A stretch of 64,000 bases of DNA from [Candidatus Thermochlorobacteriaceae] bacterium GBChlB. GTDB lineage: Bacteria > Bacteroidota > Chlorobiia > Chlorobiales > Thermochlorobacteraceae. This document shows positions 27,146 through 37,971 of this stretch, one piece after another. The DNA is taken from assembly GCA_000724175.1 (NCBI GenBank), contig JPGV01000010.1, forward strand, positions 61,199 to 125,198. The letters run 5' to 3'. Both the position numbers and the translations under genes were made by a program. The notes below the pieces were generated by a model. That model made no database searches. It was not told the DNA's origin and saw only the letters and a list, made by a program, of their open reading frames with translations. The first letter of the stretch is position 1, and each line of letters opens with the position of its first letter.

Positions 27146-27334
27146 GATAAAAAAATTAAAATCAAGTTTTTTCTTCCCGAAACATTCCTTAACATCTCGC
27201 TATCGCGTTCACACATTGAACATTTTCGGCGATGAAGCGCGTGTTTCGTCTCCGCCGCTCCCGAAGACTTTTAAAACTGTTTATCGACCAAGCAGCCGTG
27301 GTGGTCTGCCGACGTTTTTTTGGGAACTAAACGA

Positions 27335-27970
27335 ATGAGCCAAGAAGATTTGTTTGGAAACGTCGTTTCCAAAGATGCGCTGTCGCCGACGGCAGCGCTG
27401 CAACAATATCAATCGCTGAAAGAACTCTTCGAGGCAACGAAGGACTGCCAGAAGTGCAAGCTCGGCAAGACGCGCAAAAATTATGTCTTTGGCGAAGGCA
27501 CCGAACAGGCAAAGCTCGTTGTCGTTGGCGAAGCGCCGGGCGCTGATGAAGATGAAACTGGTCGACCGTTTGTCGGGCGCTCTGGCGAACTCTTGAACAA
27601 AATTCTGTCCTCAGTCAAGTTTGAACGCAGCGATGTTTATATCTGCAATATTGTCAAATCTCGACCGCCGCAAAATCGAAATCCCGAACCCGACGAAATC
27701 GAGGCGTGTTTGCCCTATCTCTTGCGGCAGATTGAACTCATACGCCCGAAAATGATTCTGGCGCTCGGTAAAGTCGCAGCGAATACATTGCTCGAGAACA
27801 ATCTGAGCATGACAGCAATGCGCGGCAAAGTGCATCGCTGGAAGTCCATCGATGTTGTAGCTACCTACCACCCTGCCGCGCTGCTCAGAAATCCGAATTG
27901 GAAAAAACTCTGCTGGGAGGACGTTCAAATGATGCGGCGACATTACGACGAAAAATACGGCGGCGGGTGA
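27335..27970 (+). CDS. family-4 uracil-DNA glycosylase
   Basis: CQKCKLGKTRKNYVFGEG (Fe-S Cys), VVVGEAPGADEDETGRPFVGRSGELLNKIL and HPAALLRNP. The ATG at 27335 is preferred over the TTG at 27320. Confidence 0.85.
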   Translation: MSQEDLFGNVVSKDALSPTAALQQYQSLKELFEATKDCQKCKLGKTRKNYVFGEGTEQAKLVVVGEAPGADEDETGRPFVGRSGELLNKILSSVKFERSDVYICNIVKSRPPQNRNPEPDEIEACLPYLLRQIELIRPKMILALGKVAANTLLENNLSMTAMRGKVHRWKSIDVVATYHPAALLRNPNWKKLCWEDVQMMRRHYDEKYGGG

Positions 27971-28088
27971 GGTCGTCCTATGGGGCTTGATGTTACAAGC
28001 GCTTTCAGGCTTAGACAAGCACATTTTGAAGTAAATCAGACATCAAACAAGAAGTAACCGTTTTACCTAACCTTTCACTTTGAATCGC

Positions 28089-29666
28089 ATGGCAGGCGGA
28101 TTTATCGATAGAAGTCAAGAAACAAGTGGCAGCTACCCGCTTGAAAAGTTCATGAAGGTGCGCAAAGGCTTCCGCGAGGAAGTTGATTTCACCAAAGAAG
28201 GGCGCGTGCCTCCCAATGCTGTGGAGGTCGAGCAAGAGGTCTTAGGTTCGATTCTCCTTCAAAGCGATGCGATTCAAAAAGTCATTGAAATTTTTGGCGA
28301 TGAATCAGACGCAATTTTTTATGAACATAAACACCGCGTGATTTACAAAGCGATGCTGCGGCTGTATAATCGGCGCGAGGCGATTGACATCATCACGCTC
28401 ACCGACGAATTGAAGCGCCAAGAGGAATTGGAAAAAGTCGGCGGCAGCTATGCCATTGCAGAACTCTCGAACAAAGTCGCCACCGCTGCCAATGTCGAGT
28501 ACTACGCCATTATCGTCAAGGAAAAATATCTGTATCGTCGGTTAATTGCGATTGCCACGCAAGTCTCTGCCGCTGCGTATGACCAATCTATCGATGTCTT
28601 CGATTTGATTGAACAAGCCTCGCAGGAGGTCTTTCGCGTCTCGCAAGCCGGCATCAAGAAAAAAGCCTCCGACATCAAAACATTGCTCAAAGATGCCACG
28701 AAGCTCATCGAGGCATTGCAGCAGCGCAAGAGTTCAGTTACGGGCGTGGCATCAGGCTTTCCTGATTTGGACAAACTCACGGCGGGCTTCCAACGCTCCG
28801 ATATGATCATCATTGCGGCGCGTCCCTCAACGGGAAAAACTGCGCTGGCATTGGCATTCGCGCGCAACGCTGCGGTCGAGACCAAAACGCCCGTCCTGTT
28901 TTTCAGCCTTGAAATGGCGGAGCAACAGTTGGCGATTCGTATGCTCTGCGCCGAAGCGATGGCGGATTCCAACGCGGTCAGAACGGGTCGCGTCTCGTCG
29001 CAAGACATGGTGAACATCATGGCGCGGATGGACAAACTTGCGCAGTCGCCGATTTTCATCGACGACACGGCGGGCATCTCGATTATCGAGCTCGGCGCGA
29101 AAGCGCGACGAATGAAGCAAGAGCATAACATCGGCATGATTATCATCGACTACTTGCAGCTCATCACGCCCGTCAAAGATGGCAAGAACAGCCGCGAACA
29201 AGAAATCGCGCAAATTTCTCGTTCACTCAAAGCGCTGGCGAAGGAATTGCAAATCCCAGTGATTGCACTCGCGCAGCTTAACCGCTCGATTGAACAGCGT
29301 GGCGGCGACCGCAAGCCGCAACTTTCCGACCTGCGCGAATCAGGCAGCATTGAGCAAGACGCCGACGTGGTGATGTTTCTCTCGCGTCCCGAAGCCTACG
29401 GCGTGCAGAATTTTCCCGACGGCAGCTCGACGAAAGATGTGATTGTGGTTGATGTCGGCAAGCAGCGTAATGGTCCGGTTGGCGATGTGAAATTGAAGTT
29501 CCTCAAACAATATGGCAAGTTCGAATCGCTGACCTCAACTTACAGCGCTGAGGACTTTGCCACGCTCGACCAGCGCAAGTTGGAACGCGCCGCCGATAAT
29601 TTAGAGCGCGACAATCTGCCGCCTGAACCACTCAACACACTTAACCCAGACGACGCGCCGTTCTAA
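28089..29666 (+). CDS. dnaB: replicative DNA helicase DnaB
   Basis: PPNAVEVEQEVLGSILL, Walker A ARPSTGKTALAL, IIIDYLQLI, ALAQLNRSIEQR and DLRESGSIEQDADVV. No intein insertion. Confidence 0.95.
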   Translation: MAGGFIDRSQETSGSYPLEKFMKVRKGFREEVDFTKEGRVPPNAVEVEQEVLGSILLQSDAIQKVIEIFGDESDAIFYEHKHRVIYKAMLRLYNRREAIDIITLTDELKRQEELEKVGGSYAIAELSNKVATAANVEYYAIIVKEKYLYRRLIAIATQVSAAAYDQSIDVFDLIEQASQEVFRVSQAGIKKKASDIKTLLKDATKLIEALQQRKSSVTGVASGFPDLDKLTAGFQRSDMIIIAARPSTGKTALALAFARNAAVETKTPVLFFSLEMAEQQLAIRMLCAEAMADSNAVRTGRVSSQDMVNIMARMDKLAQSPIFIDDTAGISIIELGAKARRMKQEHNIGMIIIDYLQLITPVKDGKNSREQEIAQISRSLKALAKELQIPVIALAQLNRSIEQRGGDRKPQLSDLRESGSIEQDADVVMFLSRPEAYGVQNFPDGSSTKDVIVVDVGKQRNGPVGDVKLKFLKQYGKFESLTSTYSAEDFATLDQRKLERAADNLERDNLPPEPLNTLNPDDAPF

Positions 29667-29740
29667 ATGCAAGCAAAAACACTTTGTAGCTTTCAGTGTT
29701 ATACCAAGATAATTAGAAGAGGAGTAGATTTTACCGCGGT

Positions 29741-29946
29741 GTCATTGCGAACGAAGCGAGGAATCCATCTTTATGCTTGGATTCTTCATTCCGCTTTGCG
29801 GGAGTCATACCAATATGACTTCAAGAGATGCAGGTTTTCAGAGAAGAGTGTCATACCGACGCGAAAGCATGCCCCGTTGAAAAACGGGGGCGGTATCCAT
29901 CTGTGAACACCCCTAAGATAATGGATCCGGCTTTCGCCGGAATGAC
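29741..29946. repeat. cluster of degenerate ~25-nt GTCAT...hairpin...(G)GAATCC-type repeats in both orientations
   Basis: GTCATTGCGAACGAAGCGAGGAATCC (29741-29766, +). TCATTCCGCtttgCGGGAG (about 29786-29805, +). GTCATACCGACGCGAAAGCATGCC (29850-29873, +), followed by the hairpin CCCCGTT-gaaa-AACGGGG (29872-29889). GTCATTCCGGCGAAAGCCGGATCC (29923-29946, minus strand). They sit between the convergent dnaB and LacI genes. Confidence 0.7.
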
Positions 29947-30034
29947 AATGGTCGTTCTCAAATAAAATCTATGCCTTTTCAAATGATATTGGTATCAGAA
30001 CGACAACTCCTATCTGCTTCAAATTATATCCGTA

Positions 30035-31081
30035 TTATGCGGTTTCACGCAAAATCAGTTCCGGCGCGACTCGGAGCGACTGCGGCTTTTGTGATGGATA
30101 CTGCAGCCGGCGCATCAGGAACTCCACTGCGGCACGTCCCATTTGTCGAATCGGCTGTCGAACTGTCGAGAGCGCGGGCAGTGCGATTCGTGCAATTGGC
30201 TGGTCATCGAAGCCTATGACGGCCACATCAGCTGGCACGCGGAAGCCGTGTTGAAGCAGTGCGCGCACCGCGCCCGTTGCCACCTCGTCGCCGTTGGCAC
30301 AGAACAAGGCATCGACCATCGGCATCGATTGTTCTTTCACTTTTTTCAGCAGTTCTTCGATGAGCTTGACGCCCTCGTTGAAGTTGAACTTCTCTTCAGT
30401 TTCATACAAGACTTTTATCAATAGGTCGTCGCGGACGGGAAGTTTGTATTTTTTGAGCGCGGCAAGATGCCCTTCCAATCGTTCGCTCATGACGGTGCTG
30501 GACGAGGCGTAGGGAAATAGAATCCGCCGTCGCCCAAGTTTGATGAGATACTCTGTGGCTTCAAATGCCCCGCGCACGTTATCGACCGAAACCGAGTCGA
30601 TGGTTTTAATATCGGCTTCAATTACGGCACAGGGCAGTTGATACGATGCGTAGACTTTCGTGCGTTTTTCGGTATGGTCAAAGAGTTGAACGACAAGTCC
30701 GTCGACTTGCTTGCCGCGCGCGATATTGCGGTAAATTTTTTCCTCTTCGCGTTCATTATTGCCCGCTGTGCTGTAAATGACCAAGTTATAGCCCGACCCT
30801 TTCAAGGCTTCCTCGACGCCGCGCAAGACCTCAATCGTAAATGGCTCGACCATGCTTGGCACCAATAGCCCAATCAGGTTAGTTTGTTGCTTGACCAAGC
30901 GATACGCGCTCGCGTTTGGGACGTAACTCAATCGCTCGACGATGCGCCGCACTTTGGCGACGGTCGCCTCTTTAAATTTGCCGCGCCCGTTGAGAATCAT
31001 CGAGACCGCCGCAGGCGTAATGCCTGCTTCGCGCGCAACGTCTTTGAGCGTCGCAGTTGCGTGTTTACCGTTGGATTTCAT
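30035..31081 (-). CDS. LacI-family transcriptional regulator
   Basis: 348 aa. HTH ATLKDVAREAGITPAAVSMILNG...YVPNASAYRLV plus a periplasmic-binding-protein-like sugar-binding domain. Confidence 0.9.
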   Translation of the reverse strand: MKSNGKHATATLKDVAREAGITPAAVSMILNGRGKFKEATVAKVRRIVERLSYVPNASAYRLVKQQTNLIGLLVPSMVEPFTIEVLRGVEEALKGSGYNLVIYSTAGNNEREEEKIYRNIARGKQVDGLVVQLFDHTEKRTKVYASYQLPCAVIEADIKTIDSVSVDNVRGAFEATEYLIKLGRRRILFPYASSSTVMSERLEGHLAALKKYKLPVRDDLLIKVLYETEEKFNFNEGVKLIEELLKKVKEQSMPMVDALFCANGDEVATGAVRALLQHGFRVPADVAVIGFDDQPIARIALPALSTVRQPIRQMGRAAVEFLMRRLQYPSQKPQSLRVAPELILRETA

Positions 31082-31103
31082 TTGCTACAACAATTAGGCG
31101 AAG

Positions 31104-33347
31104 TTACGGCAGATACTCGAGTTTTTCGTCCAGCGTTTGCGCCGAATTTCCGCCGACGAACACCGTGAATGTGCCGGCTTCCATCGTCGGCTTGAACGCC
31201 CTATCCAGAAACATCAGGTCTTTGGCGGAAATCGTGAACACGGCTTGTTTGGTTTCGCCCCCGCCAATGCGCAGTTTCTTAAACCCTTTGAGTTCTTTCA
31301 CTGGCCGCGTAACGCTTGCAACGTCGTCGCGCACATAGAGCTGAACAACTTCTTCGCCTGCGACTGTGCTGTTGTTGGTAACATCAACCGTAATGGTTAC
31401 ACTCTCCGACCCCCGAAATTCTCTTTGGCTCACACGCAAATTTTTATACTCAAAGCTCGAGTATGACAGCCCGTAGCCGAAGGGATAGAGCGGCGTGTTG
31501 TCAAGGTCAATGTAGCGCGACTTATATCGGTCGTTTGGATTTTGTGGATTGATGGGGCGTCCAGTGTTTTTATGGTTGTAGTAAATGGGAATTTGTCCAA
31601 CGCTGCGAGGAAACGTCATAGTCAGTTTGCCGCTTGGATTCACGTCGCCAAACAACACATCTGCGATGGCATTGCCGGCCTCAATGCCTAAATGCCACGC
31701 TTCCACAATTGCGGGAACCTTCTCTGCTGTCCAGACAATTGAGAGCGGCCTGCCATTTGTCAATACCACGACCATTGGCTTATTCAAGGTATGCAGTTCT
31801 TTTATCAAGTCTTCCTGAACGCCCGGTAAGTCTAACGAGGCACGGCTGTGCGCTTCGCCCGTCATATCGGCTGTTTCGCCGACCACAACCACGACCGCGT
31901 CAGATTTCTTTGCGGCTTTAATCGCCTCGACAAATCCTGCTTTCGAGAGCGATTCCTTCCCGCGCGTCGCTTCATAGCCTTTTGAGTAAATAACGGTTGT
32001 TTTATCGCTTACTTGCTTTTTGATACCGTCAAGCACAGACACGGCGTCTTCTGGCCTGCCGACCATCTCCCATTCGCCGAGCATATCGCGCTTGCTTTCC
32101 GCCAGTCCGCCGATGACAGCAAGCGTTTTCAGGTCTTTGCGAAGCGGAAGCATGTTCTTGTCGTTTTTAAGCAACACAATCGATTTCTGCGCTGCTTCTC
32201 TGGCGAGCGCGCGGTGCGCTGGGTTCAGCACTAATGCTTTTTCACGCTCGGCATTGCAGTAGCGAAATGGGTCATCGAAGAGACCGAGCTTAAATTTGGC
32301 GAGCAGAACGCGGCGCACCGCTTGGTTCAACACAGCGTCGGAGACTTTCCCAGCGCGCACTTCTTTGGCAAGATTCACATAGAGTTCGCCCTCCATATCC
32401 ATATCGACACCTGCGTTTATTGCCAGCACGGCGGCGTCATCATTGGTTTTTGCCGCGCCGTGAACGCGCGACTCGTTGATGGATTCCCAATCGCTGACGA
32501 CCATGCCCTTGAAGTTCCATTCGCCGCGTAACACATCGGTCATTAAAAATCGGCTAAGCGTTGCAGGCGTGCCGGAGATTTCGTTGAAACTTGTCATGAG
32601 CGTGGCTGCGCCTGCATCGATGGCCGCTTTGAACGGCGGGAAATAAATTTCACGTAGGGTGCGTTCCGAGACATCCACCGTGTTGTAATCGCGTCCGCCC
32701 TCAGCAGCGCCGTAAGCAACAAAGTGTTTGACGCAGGCGAGAATCGTGTTATCTGCGCTCAGGTCTGCGCCTTGAAATCCCCTCACGCGCGCCGCGGCAA
32801 TGAGCGAGCCGAGATAGGGGTCTTCGCCAGCGCCTTCAATGACCCTGCCCCAGCGCGGGTCGCGGGCGATGTCGACCATCGGCGCGAATGTCCAATGAAT
32901 GCCCGCCGCCGCAGCTTCCGTTGCCGCCATCCGCGCCGTGCGCTCTGCCAACTCCACATCCCATGCACACGATTCAGCGAGCGGAATTGGAAACGTTGTT
33001 CGATAGCCGTGAATGACGTCAAACCCGAAGAGAACAGGAATTTTCAGGCGCGATTGCATCGCTGCTTCCTGCGCTTTGCGCGTTAGGTCTGCGCCATAGA
33101 CCATCAGCATTGAGCCGATTTTGCCCTCGCGTATCTGTTGAAATTGAACTGGCAGAATACCTGCAACGCGCTTGAAGTTCGAGAGGTCGCCAGCGACTTG
33201 GTTGAGCTGTCCGAGTTTTTCTTCAACCGTCATTTGCGCAATGAGCGAATCGGCACGGCGCGTCATTTCTTGGTCGGAGAGTTGCGCGTAAGTGCTGCCG
33301 TTTGAAAAGAGAAGCGCAATAAGAAGCGCGACACAGTGTTTCAACAT
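31104..33347 (-). CDS. GH3 beta-glucosidase (BglX-like), secreted
   Basis: 747 aa with a signal peptide, MTVEEKLGQL, GFDVIHGY, KHFVAYGAAEGGRDYN and GMVVSDWESI (nucleophile Asp). Confidence 0.9.
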   Translation of the reverse strand: MLKHCVALLIALLFSNGSTYAQLSDQEMTRRADSLIAQMTVEEKLGQLNQVAGDLSNFKRVAGILPVQFQQIREGKIGSMLMVYGADLTRKAQEAAMQSRLKIPVLFGFDVIHGYRTTFPIPLAESCAWDVELAERTARMAATEAAAAGIHWTFAPMVDIARDPRWGRVIEGAGEDPYLGSLIAAARVRGFQGADLSADNTILACVKHFVAYGAAEGGRDYNTVDVSERTLREIYFPPFKAAIDAGAATLMTSFNEISGTPATLSRFLMTDVLRGEWNFKGMVVSDWESINESRVHGAAKTNDDAAVLAINAGVDMDMEGELYVNLAKEVRAGKVSDAVLNQAVRRVLLAKFKLGLFDDPFRYCNAEREKALVLNPAHRALAREAAQKSIVLLKNDKNMLPLRKDLKTLAVIGGLAESKRDMLGEWEMVGRPEDAVSVLDGIKKQVSDKTTVIYSKGYEATRGKESLSKAGFVEAIKAAKKSDAVVVVVGETADMTGEAHSRASLDLPGVQEDLIKELHTLNKPMVVVLTNGRPLSIVWTAEKVPAIVEAWHLGIEAGNAIADVLFGDVNPSGKLTMTFPRSVGQIPIYYNHKNTGRPINPQNPNDRYKSRYIDLDNTPLYPFGYGLSYSSFEYKNLRVSQREFRGSESVTITVDVTNNSTVAGEEVVQLYVRDDVASVTRPVKELKGFKKLRIGGGETKQAVFTISAKDLMFLDRAFKPTMEAGTFTVFVGGNSAQTLDEKLEYLP

Positions 33348-33365
33348 GGTTGTGCAGTGTTTGAG

Positions 33366-35666
33366 TTAGCGTTTTCCAAAAGGCGAGGGCGGCGTTTCCA
33401 TCGCGCCGAAGCGCGTCGGTTTATCGGTCATCTCGAACTCCAACGTTGCGCCGTTTTCCAGTTCACGATGCCGAACCCATGCACGGTTAAGTTGCCGTCC
33501 ATTGAGCCGAAGCGATTTGACATAGATATTTTGCGTTGATGTATTGCGCGCGTGGATGATGAGCAATTTGTTGTTCTCCAAACGCAGCGTTGCTTTTTGA
33601 AATAGTGGGCTGCCGATGAAATACCAATCCTGTCCAGCATTTGGAAAAACGCCTAACGCGGCAAAGAGCAGCCAAGCAGATGTTGTGCCGCTATCGTCGT
33701 TGCCGGGCAAGCCATCGGGCATGGCTTTGAAATTTTCGGCCATCAATTTGCGCGACCAGAACTGTGCGCGGTCGGCGCGTCCTGCGTAGATGTATTGAAA
33801 CGGCGCGAGCATATCGGGTTCGTTGGAGACGGAGAAAAATCCTTTCGTAAACTCTGCGCCACTTCGATTGGCAAAGAGCGTGTCCCATTTTGCGGTGAAT
33901 GCGTCGTTGCCGCCCAGCCGTCGAATCAACCCGTAAAAGTCGTGCGGCACATAGCCCAAGTATTGCCATGCTGAGCCTTCGTAGTAATGCACTTCCGCGC
34001 TCCATGTCTGTCCGGGCGGGAAGACGGCAGCAGGATTGAACGGCGAGAGCCATGTGCCGTCGGATTTCTTTGGTCGAAAAAATCCCGTTTGGGCATCGAA
34101 GAGCGTAAAGATGGCTCTCGACCGCGCTTTGAACGCTTCTGCCTCTTTGCCGCGCTTCAAGTAATCGGCGACCGCCCAGACACAGTAATCATTGTAAGCA
34201 TATTCCAATGATTTGCTCACCGATTGCCAATGCGTGTCGCACGCAAGCCAGCCATTTTGCAAATACTCTCTGTATCGACCTTTGCGAGCGCTCAAGCCTG
34301 AATGCGCGGGAGGGTCGCCCGCCGCGGTCGCATTTTTTTTCAGGTAGCGATACGCGCGGTCATAATCGACGCCCTGCAAGCGTTTCACAGCAGCATCGGC
34401 GAACAGCACATCAGCGTTTGTGCCGCCCTGCATTGCGGTAAATGCGTTTCCTGTAAAGCCGTCGGGCAGCCATCCTCGGTCATCGGCAATGTCTAAGAGC
34501 GAATTGAGCATCTCGCGCTGCACACTTGGAAAGAGCAACGTGAGCAACGGGTTGAGCGTGCGGTATGTATCCCAAATCGCAAAGTAGTTGGTGAAGGCTC
34601 TGCCACTCGTTTTGAAACCGTCGGGCGTTTCGCCAGTGATGTCGGTCGGCATCAGAAGCGCGTGATAGAGTGCGGTGTAGAATATCGTTTTTTCTTCATC
34701 ACTCGCGCCCTCAATCGTGATGCGGCTCAAACGGCTGTTCCACTCTTTTCGTGCATCGGCTTTCACATCGTCAAATGTTTTTCGTTGCGCCTGCCATTCG
34801 GCGACGTATGCATCGGCGTTCTGTGCAGCGCGGTAAGACACCGCCGTCGTCAGTTCAATCGTTTTCGGATTGCCGTCGGAGATAAAATTCAGCACGACGC
34901 CACAGTTTTCTCTTTCTCCGGCAGCAATATGTGCGGCGGTCTCTACGTGGTCGTCTTTCCACACAGCATAGTTAGCAGGCAAGTCGTTCACACGAGCCGT
35001 AAAAAACGCGGTGAAGTCGGTCGGTTCTGAGCCAAAGCCGTCGGCGAATCTGCCCTGAAGTCGGACGACTCGGCCGTCTTCGGCGATGTGCGCTTCGGTT
35101 GAGGCGGCATATTGCGGGTGCGAGGCGCGCGCCGCATTAAAGATAACCCTCAGCGTGTCGCCTTTGTTACCGCCCGCAAATGTATACCGATGATGTCCAG
35201 TTCGCGCACGCGCCGTAAGTTCGGCACGCACGTTGGGCGCTGTTAAGGTTACGGCGTAGTAACCGGCCTGAGCCGTTTCATCGACGCGCGCCGATTTATA
35301 ACCGAAGGAGGAGAGTGTAATGGCGTTGCGTGCAGGCATGACCAAAAAGTTTCCGTATTCGCCGCTCCCAACGCCGCTGACTTGGTTATGCACAAAGCCG
35401 ATGATGTAACGGTTCTCGAAGCGATAACCCATATTTCCCCAGCCTTGCTCGTCGGTGTGCGGCGTGAGCGCAATCAATCCCCACGGCGGCGTCGCGCCCG
35501 GATGGGTGTTGCCGCCCGCAGCCGTGCCAATCATCGGATTGACATAGTCCGCAGGAGATTTTGACGTTTGTGCCCGCAAAGACATTTGAGAGAGCAATGC
35601 AGCTATTATACAATAACCGATTAAGACCGAGCTGATTGCGCGCGCGCAAATTTTTCCGTTCATCAT
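33366..35666 (-). CDS. GH92 alpha-mannosidase, paralog A
   Basis: 766 aa with a signal peptide, VNPMIGTAAGGNTHPGATPPWG, LEYAYNDYC and GLPGNDDSGTTSAW (GH92 signature). Confidence 0.85.
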   Translation of the reverse strand: MMNGKICARAISSVLIGYCIIAALLSQMSLRAQTSKSPADYVNPMIGTAAGGNTHPGATPPWGLIALTPHTDEQGWGNMGYRFENRYIIGFVHNQVSGVGSGEYGNFLVMPARNAITLSSFGYKSARVDETAQAGYYAVTLTAPNVRAELTARARTGHHRYTFAGGNKGDTLRVIFNAARASHPQYAASTEAHIAEDGRVVRLQGRFADGFGSEPTDFTAFFTARVNDLPANYAVWKDDHVETAAHIAAGERENCGVVLNFISDGNPKTIELTTAVSYRAAQNADAYVAEWQAQRKTFDDVKADARKEWNSRLSRITIEGASDEEKTIFYTALYHALLMPTDITGETPDGFKTSGRAFTNYFAIWDTYRTLNPLLTLLFPSVQREMLNSLLDIADDRGWLPDGFTGNAFTAMQGGTNADVLFADAAVKRLQGVDYDRAYRYLKKNATAAGDPPAHSGLSARKGRYREYLQNGWLACDTHWQSVSKSLEYAYNDYCVWAVADYLKRGKEAEAFKARSRAIFTLFDAQTGFFRPKKSDGTWLSPFNPAAVFPPGQTWSAEVHYYEGSAWQYLGYVPHDFYGLIRRLGGNDAFTAKWDTLFANRSGAEFTKGFFSVSNEPDMLAPFQYIYAGRADRAQFWSRKLMAENFKAMPDGLPGNDDSGTTSAWLLFAALGVFPNAGQDWYFIGSPLFQKATLRLENNKLLIIHARNTSTQNIYVKSLRLNGRQLNRAWVRHRELENGATLEFEMTDKPTRFGAMETPPSPFGKR

Positions 35667-35679
35667 TTTCGCTAATGGT

Positions 35680-37941
35680 CTAAGTTGGGTTGCTCATGGA
35701 GGGCGGCGCGGCAGCCGGCGATTTTCCCCAAGTCGGATGCGGAGTCGCGCCCATTTCAAACATCAATGTGCCGCCGTTCATCAAGTCTTGATGACGAATC
35801 CACGTCGTTTCAATTTTTTTGCCGTTGAGCGTTACTGATTGAATGTAAATGTTTTTCATTGAGACATTTCGCGCTTTAATCGTAAGCGTTTTGCTGTTGG
35901 ACAATCGCAGCGTTGCTTTTGGAAAGCGCGGCGAGCCGAAGACGTAAATTGCTTCGGCGGGATTGACGGGATAGAGTCCCAACGCGCTAAGCACATACCA
36001 CGCCGACATCTGCCCGCAGTCTTCGTTGCCGCATAGTCCTTCGGTCGTGTGGTTGTAGAGGTGGGTCAAAATTTGCGTTACGCGCTCTGCCGTTTTGTGC
36101 GGCGCTCCTGCATAAGCATAAAGGTAGGCAATGTGATGGCTTGGCTCATTGCCGTGTGCGTATTGACCAATCAAGCCCGAGACATCCGGCGAGGCGCTCG
36201 CGCCCAATTCCGACGATTCTGTGAAAAGCGAATCCAACTTTTGAATGAACCGCTCGCGTCCGCCCATGAGCGTCATCAAACCTTGAACATCGTGCGGCAC
36301 AAACCATGTGTATTGCCAAGAGTTACCTTCGGTGAATGAGCCGTCGCGGTGCTCGGCGTTGCGCGGATTGAACGGCGACTGCCATCGACCGAGCGAATCT
36401 TTGGCGCGCATAAATCCCACGCCCACGTCGAACATGTTTCGATAAAACGTCGCGCGGCGTTCAAACTCGGCGGCGTCGGCCGTTTTGCCCAACGCTTTGG
36501 CAAGGCTTGCGATGCACCAATCGTCGTAAGCGTATTCTAATGTCTTTGAGACCGATTCGTTCTCGAGTTCAAACGGTATGAAGCCGTAGCGACGGGAATA
36601 CTTCAAGCCGCGCGCGTCTTTTATTGCGCTCGATTTCATCGCCTCGTAAAATTTTTCAGCCTCTGCTTTTTTCAGGAAACCTTTGGCGAAAGCATCGGCG
36701 ATAACTGGAATCGAGTGGTAGCCAATCATCACATACGATTCGTTGGACATTAGCGGCCAGACAGGCAGTTCGCCAAACTGTTCATACTGCGCGTAGAACG
36801 ACGCAAGGAAATCTCTCACACGTTCTGAAAACACAAGCGTCGAGAGCGGATGCCATGCGCGAAATGTGTCCCAAAGCGAAAAGACGGTGTAGTTTGTAAA
36901 GCCTTCGGCGACGTGAATTTTTTTCTCTTTCGGTTCAGAGCCTCTATACTTTCCATTGATGTCTTGATAGAGCGACGGCGCGAGCATGGCATGATACATC
37001 GCTGTGTAGAATGTGGTTTTCTCTTCGTCCGATGCGCCCTCTATCGTCAGGCGATTCAATTTTTTTTCCCACGCTGCTTCGGTTTGCTGGCGAGTCTGGT
37101 CGAACTTCCAATGCGGAATTTCTCGGCGCAAATTTTCCAACGCGCCTTCACTGCTCACATAAGAGAGGGCAACTTTGACCAAAATTTTTTCGTCTTGCTC
37201 GGTTTTGAAATTGAAAAAGGCGCGGGCTTTTGGGCTTCGCAACTCGCGTTGATTCGGGAACACGGTCGAGTCAGTTGCAACGCCAAAGGCATCGGGACGT
37301 TTCGAGAGCACCATTGCAAAATGAACCAACTGATTTTGCGCCCAGCCCGATGACAATCGGTATCCGGTAACAAGCGTGTCGCTCACAATTTTGACGACGG
37401 CGTCGGAACACCAATCCCAGCCAATGCCGTGATGAAGATTGAGCATTAGGCGTGCGCTGTCCGATGTTGGAAAGGTGTATCGATGAAATCCGACGCGGGG
37501 CGAGACGGTGAGTTCGGCTTGAATTTTTGTGTCGCGCAAATAGACACGATAATAGCCCGGTGTGGCTTGCTCATCGCTATGCGAAAAGCTCGAGCCATAG
37601 CCCTGTCGCCAATTTTTCCGTTCCGCGCATCCAAGTTTGAGCGCGCCCACCGTCGGCATTAGAGAAATGTCGCCCATTTCGCCGATGCCGGTGCCAGACA
37701 CATGTGTGTGGCTGAACCCAATGATAATCGAATCGGAATTGTGATAGCCCGAACACCAATCCCAGCCCGAGTTGAATTGGTCGGGACTGAGTTGCACCAT
37801 ACCAAACGGCGATGCTGCACCCGGAAATGTATGACCGTGCCCGCCCGTGCCGAGCATTGGATTAACATGACGCGTCAGCGGTTGACCAAGCAGGGCAACG
37901 GGCAACAGCGTCGCAACAACGAAAAAACGGACTTGCATCAT
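35680..37941 (-). CDS. GH92 alpha-mannosidase, paralog B
   Basis: VNPMLGTGGHGHTFPGAASPFGMVQLSPD, LEYAYDDWC and LCGNEDCGQMSAWYVLSALGLYP. The start at ATG 37941 (MMQVRFFVVATLLPVALLGQ) is preferred, because the longer ORF start at 38007 would lie inside the LamG-gene terminator hairpin. Confidence 0.85.
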   Translation of the reverse strand: MMQVRFFVVATLLPVALLGQPLTRHVNPMLGTGGHGHTFPGAASPFGMVQLSPDQFNSGWDWCSGYHNSDSIIIGFSHTHVSGTGIGEMGDISLMPTVGALKLGCAERKNWRQGYGSSFSHSDEQATPGYYRVYLRDTKIQAELTVSPRVGFHRYTFPTSDSARLMLNLHHGIGWDWCSDAVVKIVSDTLVTGYRLSSGWAQNQLVHFAMVLSKRPDAFGVATDSTVFPNQRELRSPKARAFFNFKTEQDEKILVKVALSYVSSEGALENLRREIPHWKFDQTRQQTEAAWEKKLNRLTIEGASDEEKTTFYTAMYHAMLAPSLYQDINGKYRGSEPKEKKIHVAEGFTNYTVFSLWDTFRAWHPLSTLVFSERVRDFLASFYAQYEQFGELPVWPLMSNESYVMIGYHSIPVIADAFAKGFLKKAEAEKFYEAMKSSAIKDARGLKYSRRYGFIPFELENESVSKTLEYAYDDWCIASLAKALGKTADAAEFERRATFYRNMFDVGVGFMRAKDSLGRWQSPFNPRNAEHRDGSFTEGNSWQYTWFVPHDVQGLMTLMGGRERFIQKLDSLFTESSELGASASPDVSGLIGQYAHGNEPSHHIAYLYAYAGAPHKTAERVTQILTHLYNHTTEGLCGNEDCGQMSAWYVLSALGLYPVNPAEAIYVFGSPRFPKATLRLSNSKTLTIKARNVSMKNIYIQSVTLNGKKIETTWIRHQDLMNGGTLMFEMGATPHPTWGKSPAAAPPSMSNPT

Positions 37942-37971
37942 TAGCCAGCTTATTTTGACGACGCGATTAGC

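Noticed and set aside
28244-28262. tRNA T-arm-like string GGTTCGATTCTCC
   Set aside because: It lies inside the dnaB reading frame (encoding LGSILL), and the flanks do not form acceptor, D or anticodon arms.
29667-29906. 79-aa ORF directly after dnaB
   Set aside because: It runs through the GTCAT...GAATCC hairpin-repeat cluster. Its sequence is dictated by the repeats and it has no plausible start context, so it is most likely non-coding.
29951-30004. 8-bp inverted repeat GTCGTTCT...AGAACGAC downstream of the LacI gene, considered as a terminator
   Set aside because: The 38-nt AT-rich loop and the lack of a proper T-run make an intrinsic terminator doubtful. It may simply be part of the repeat-rich convergent intergenic region.
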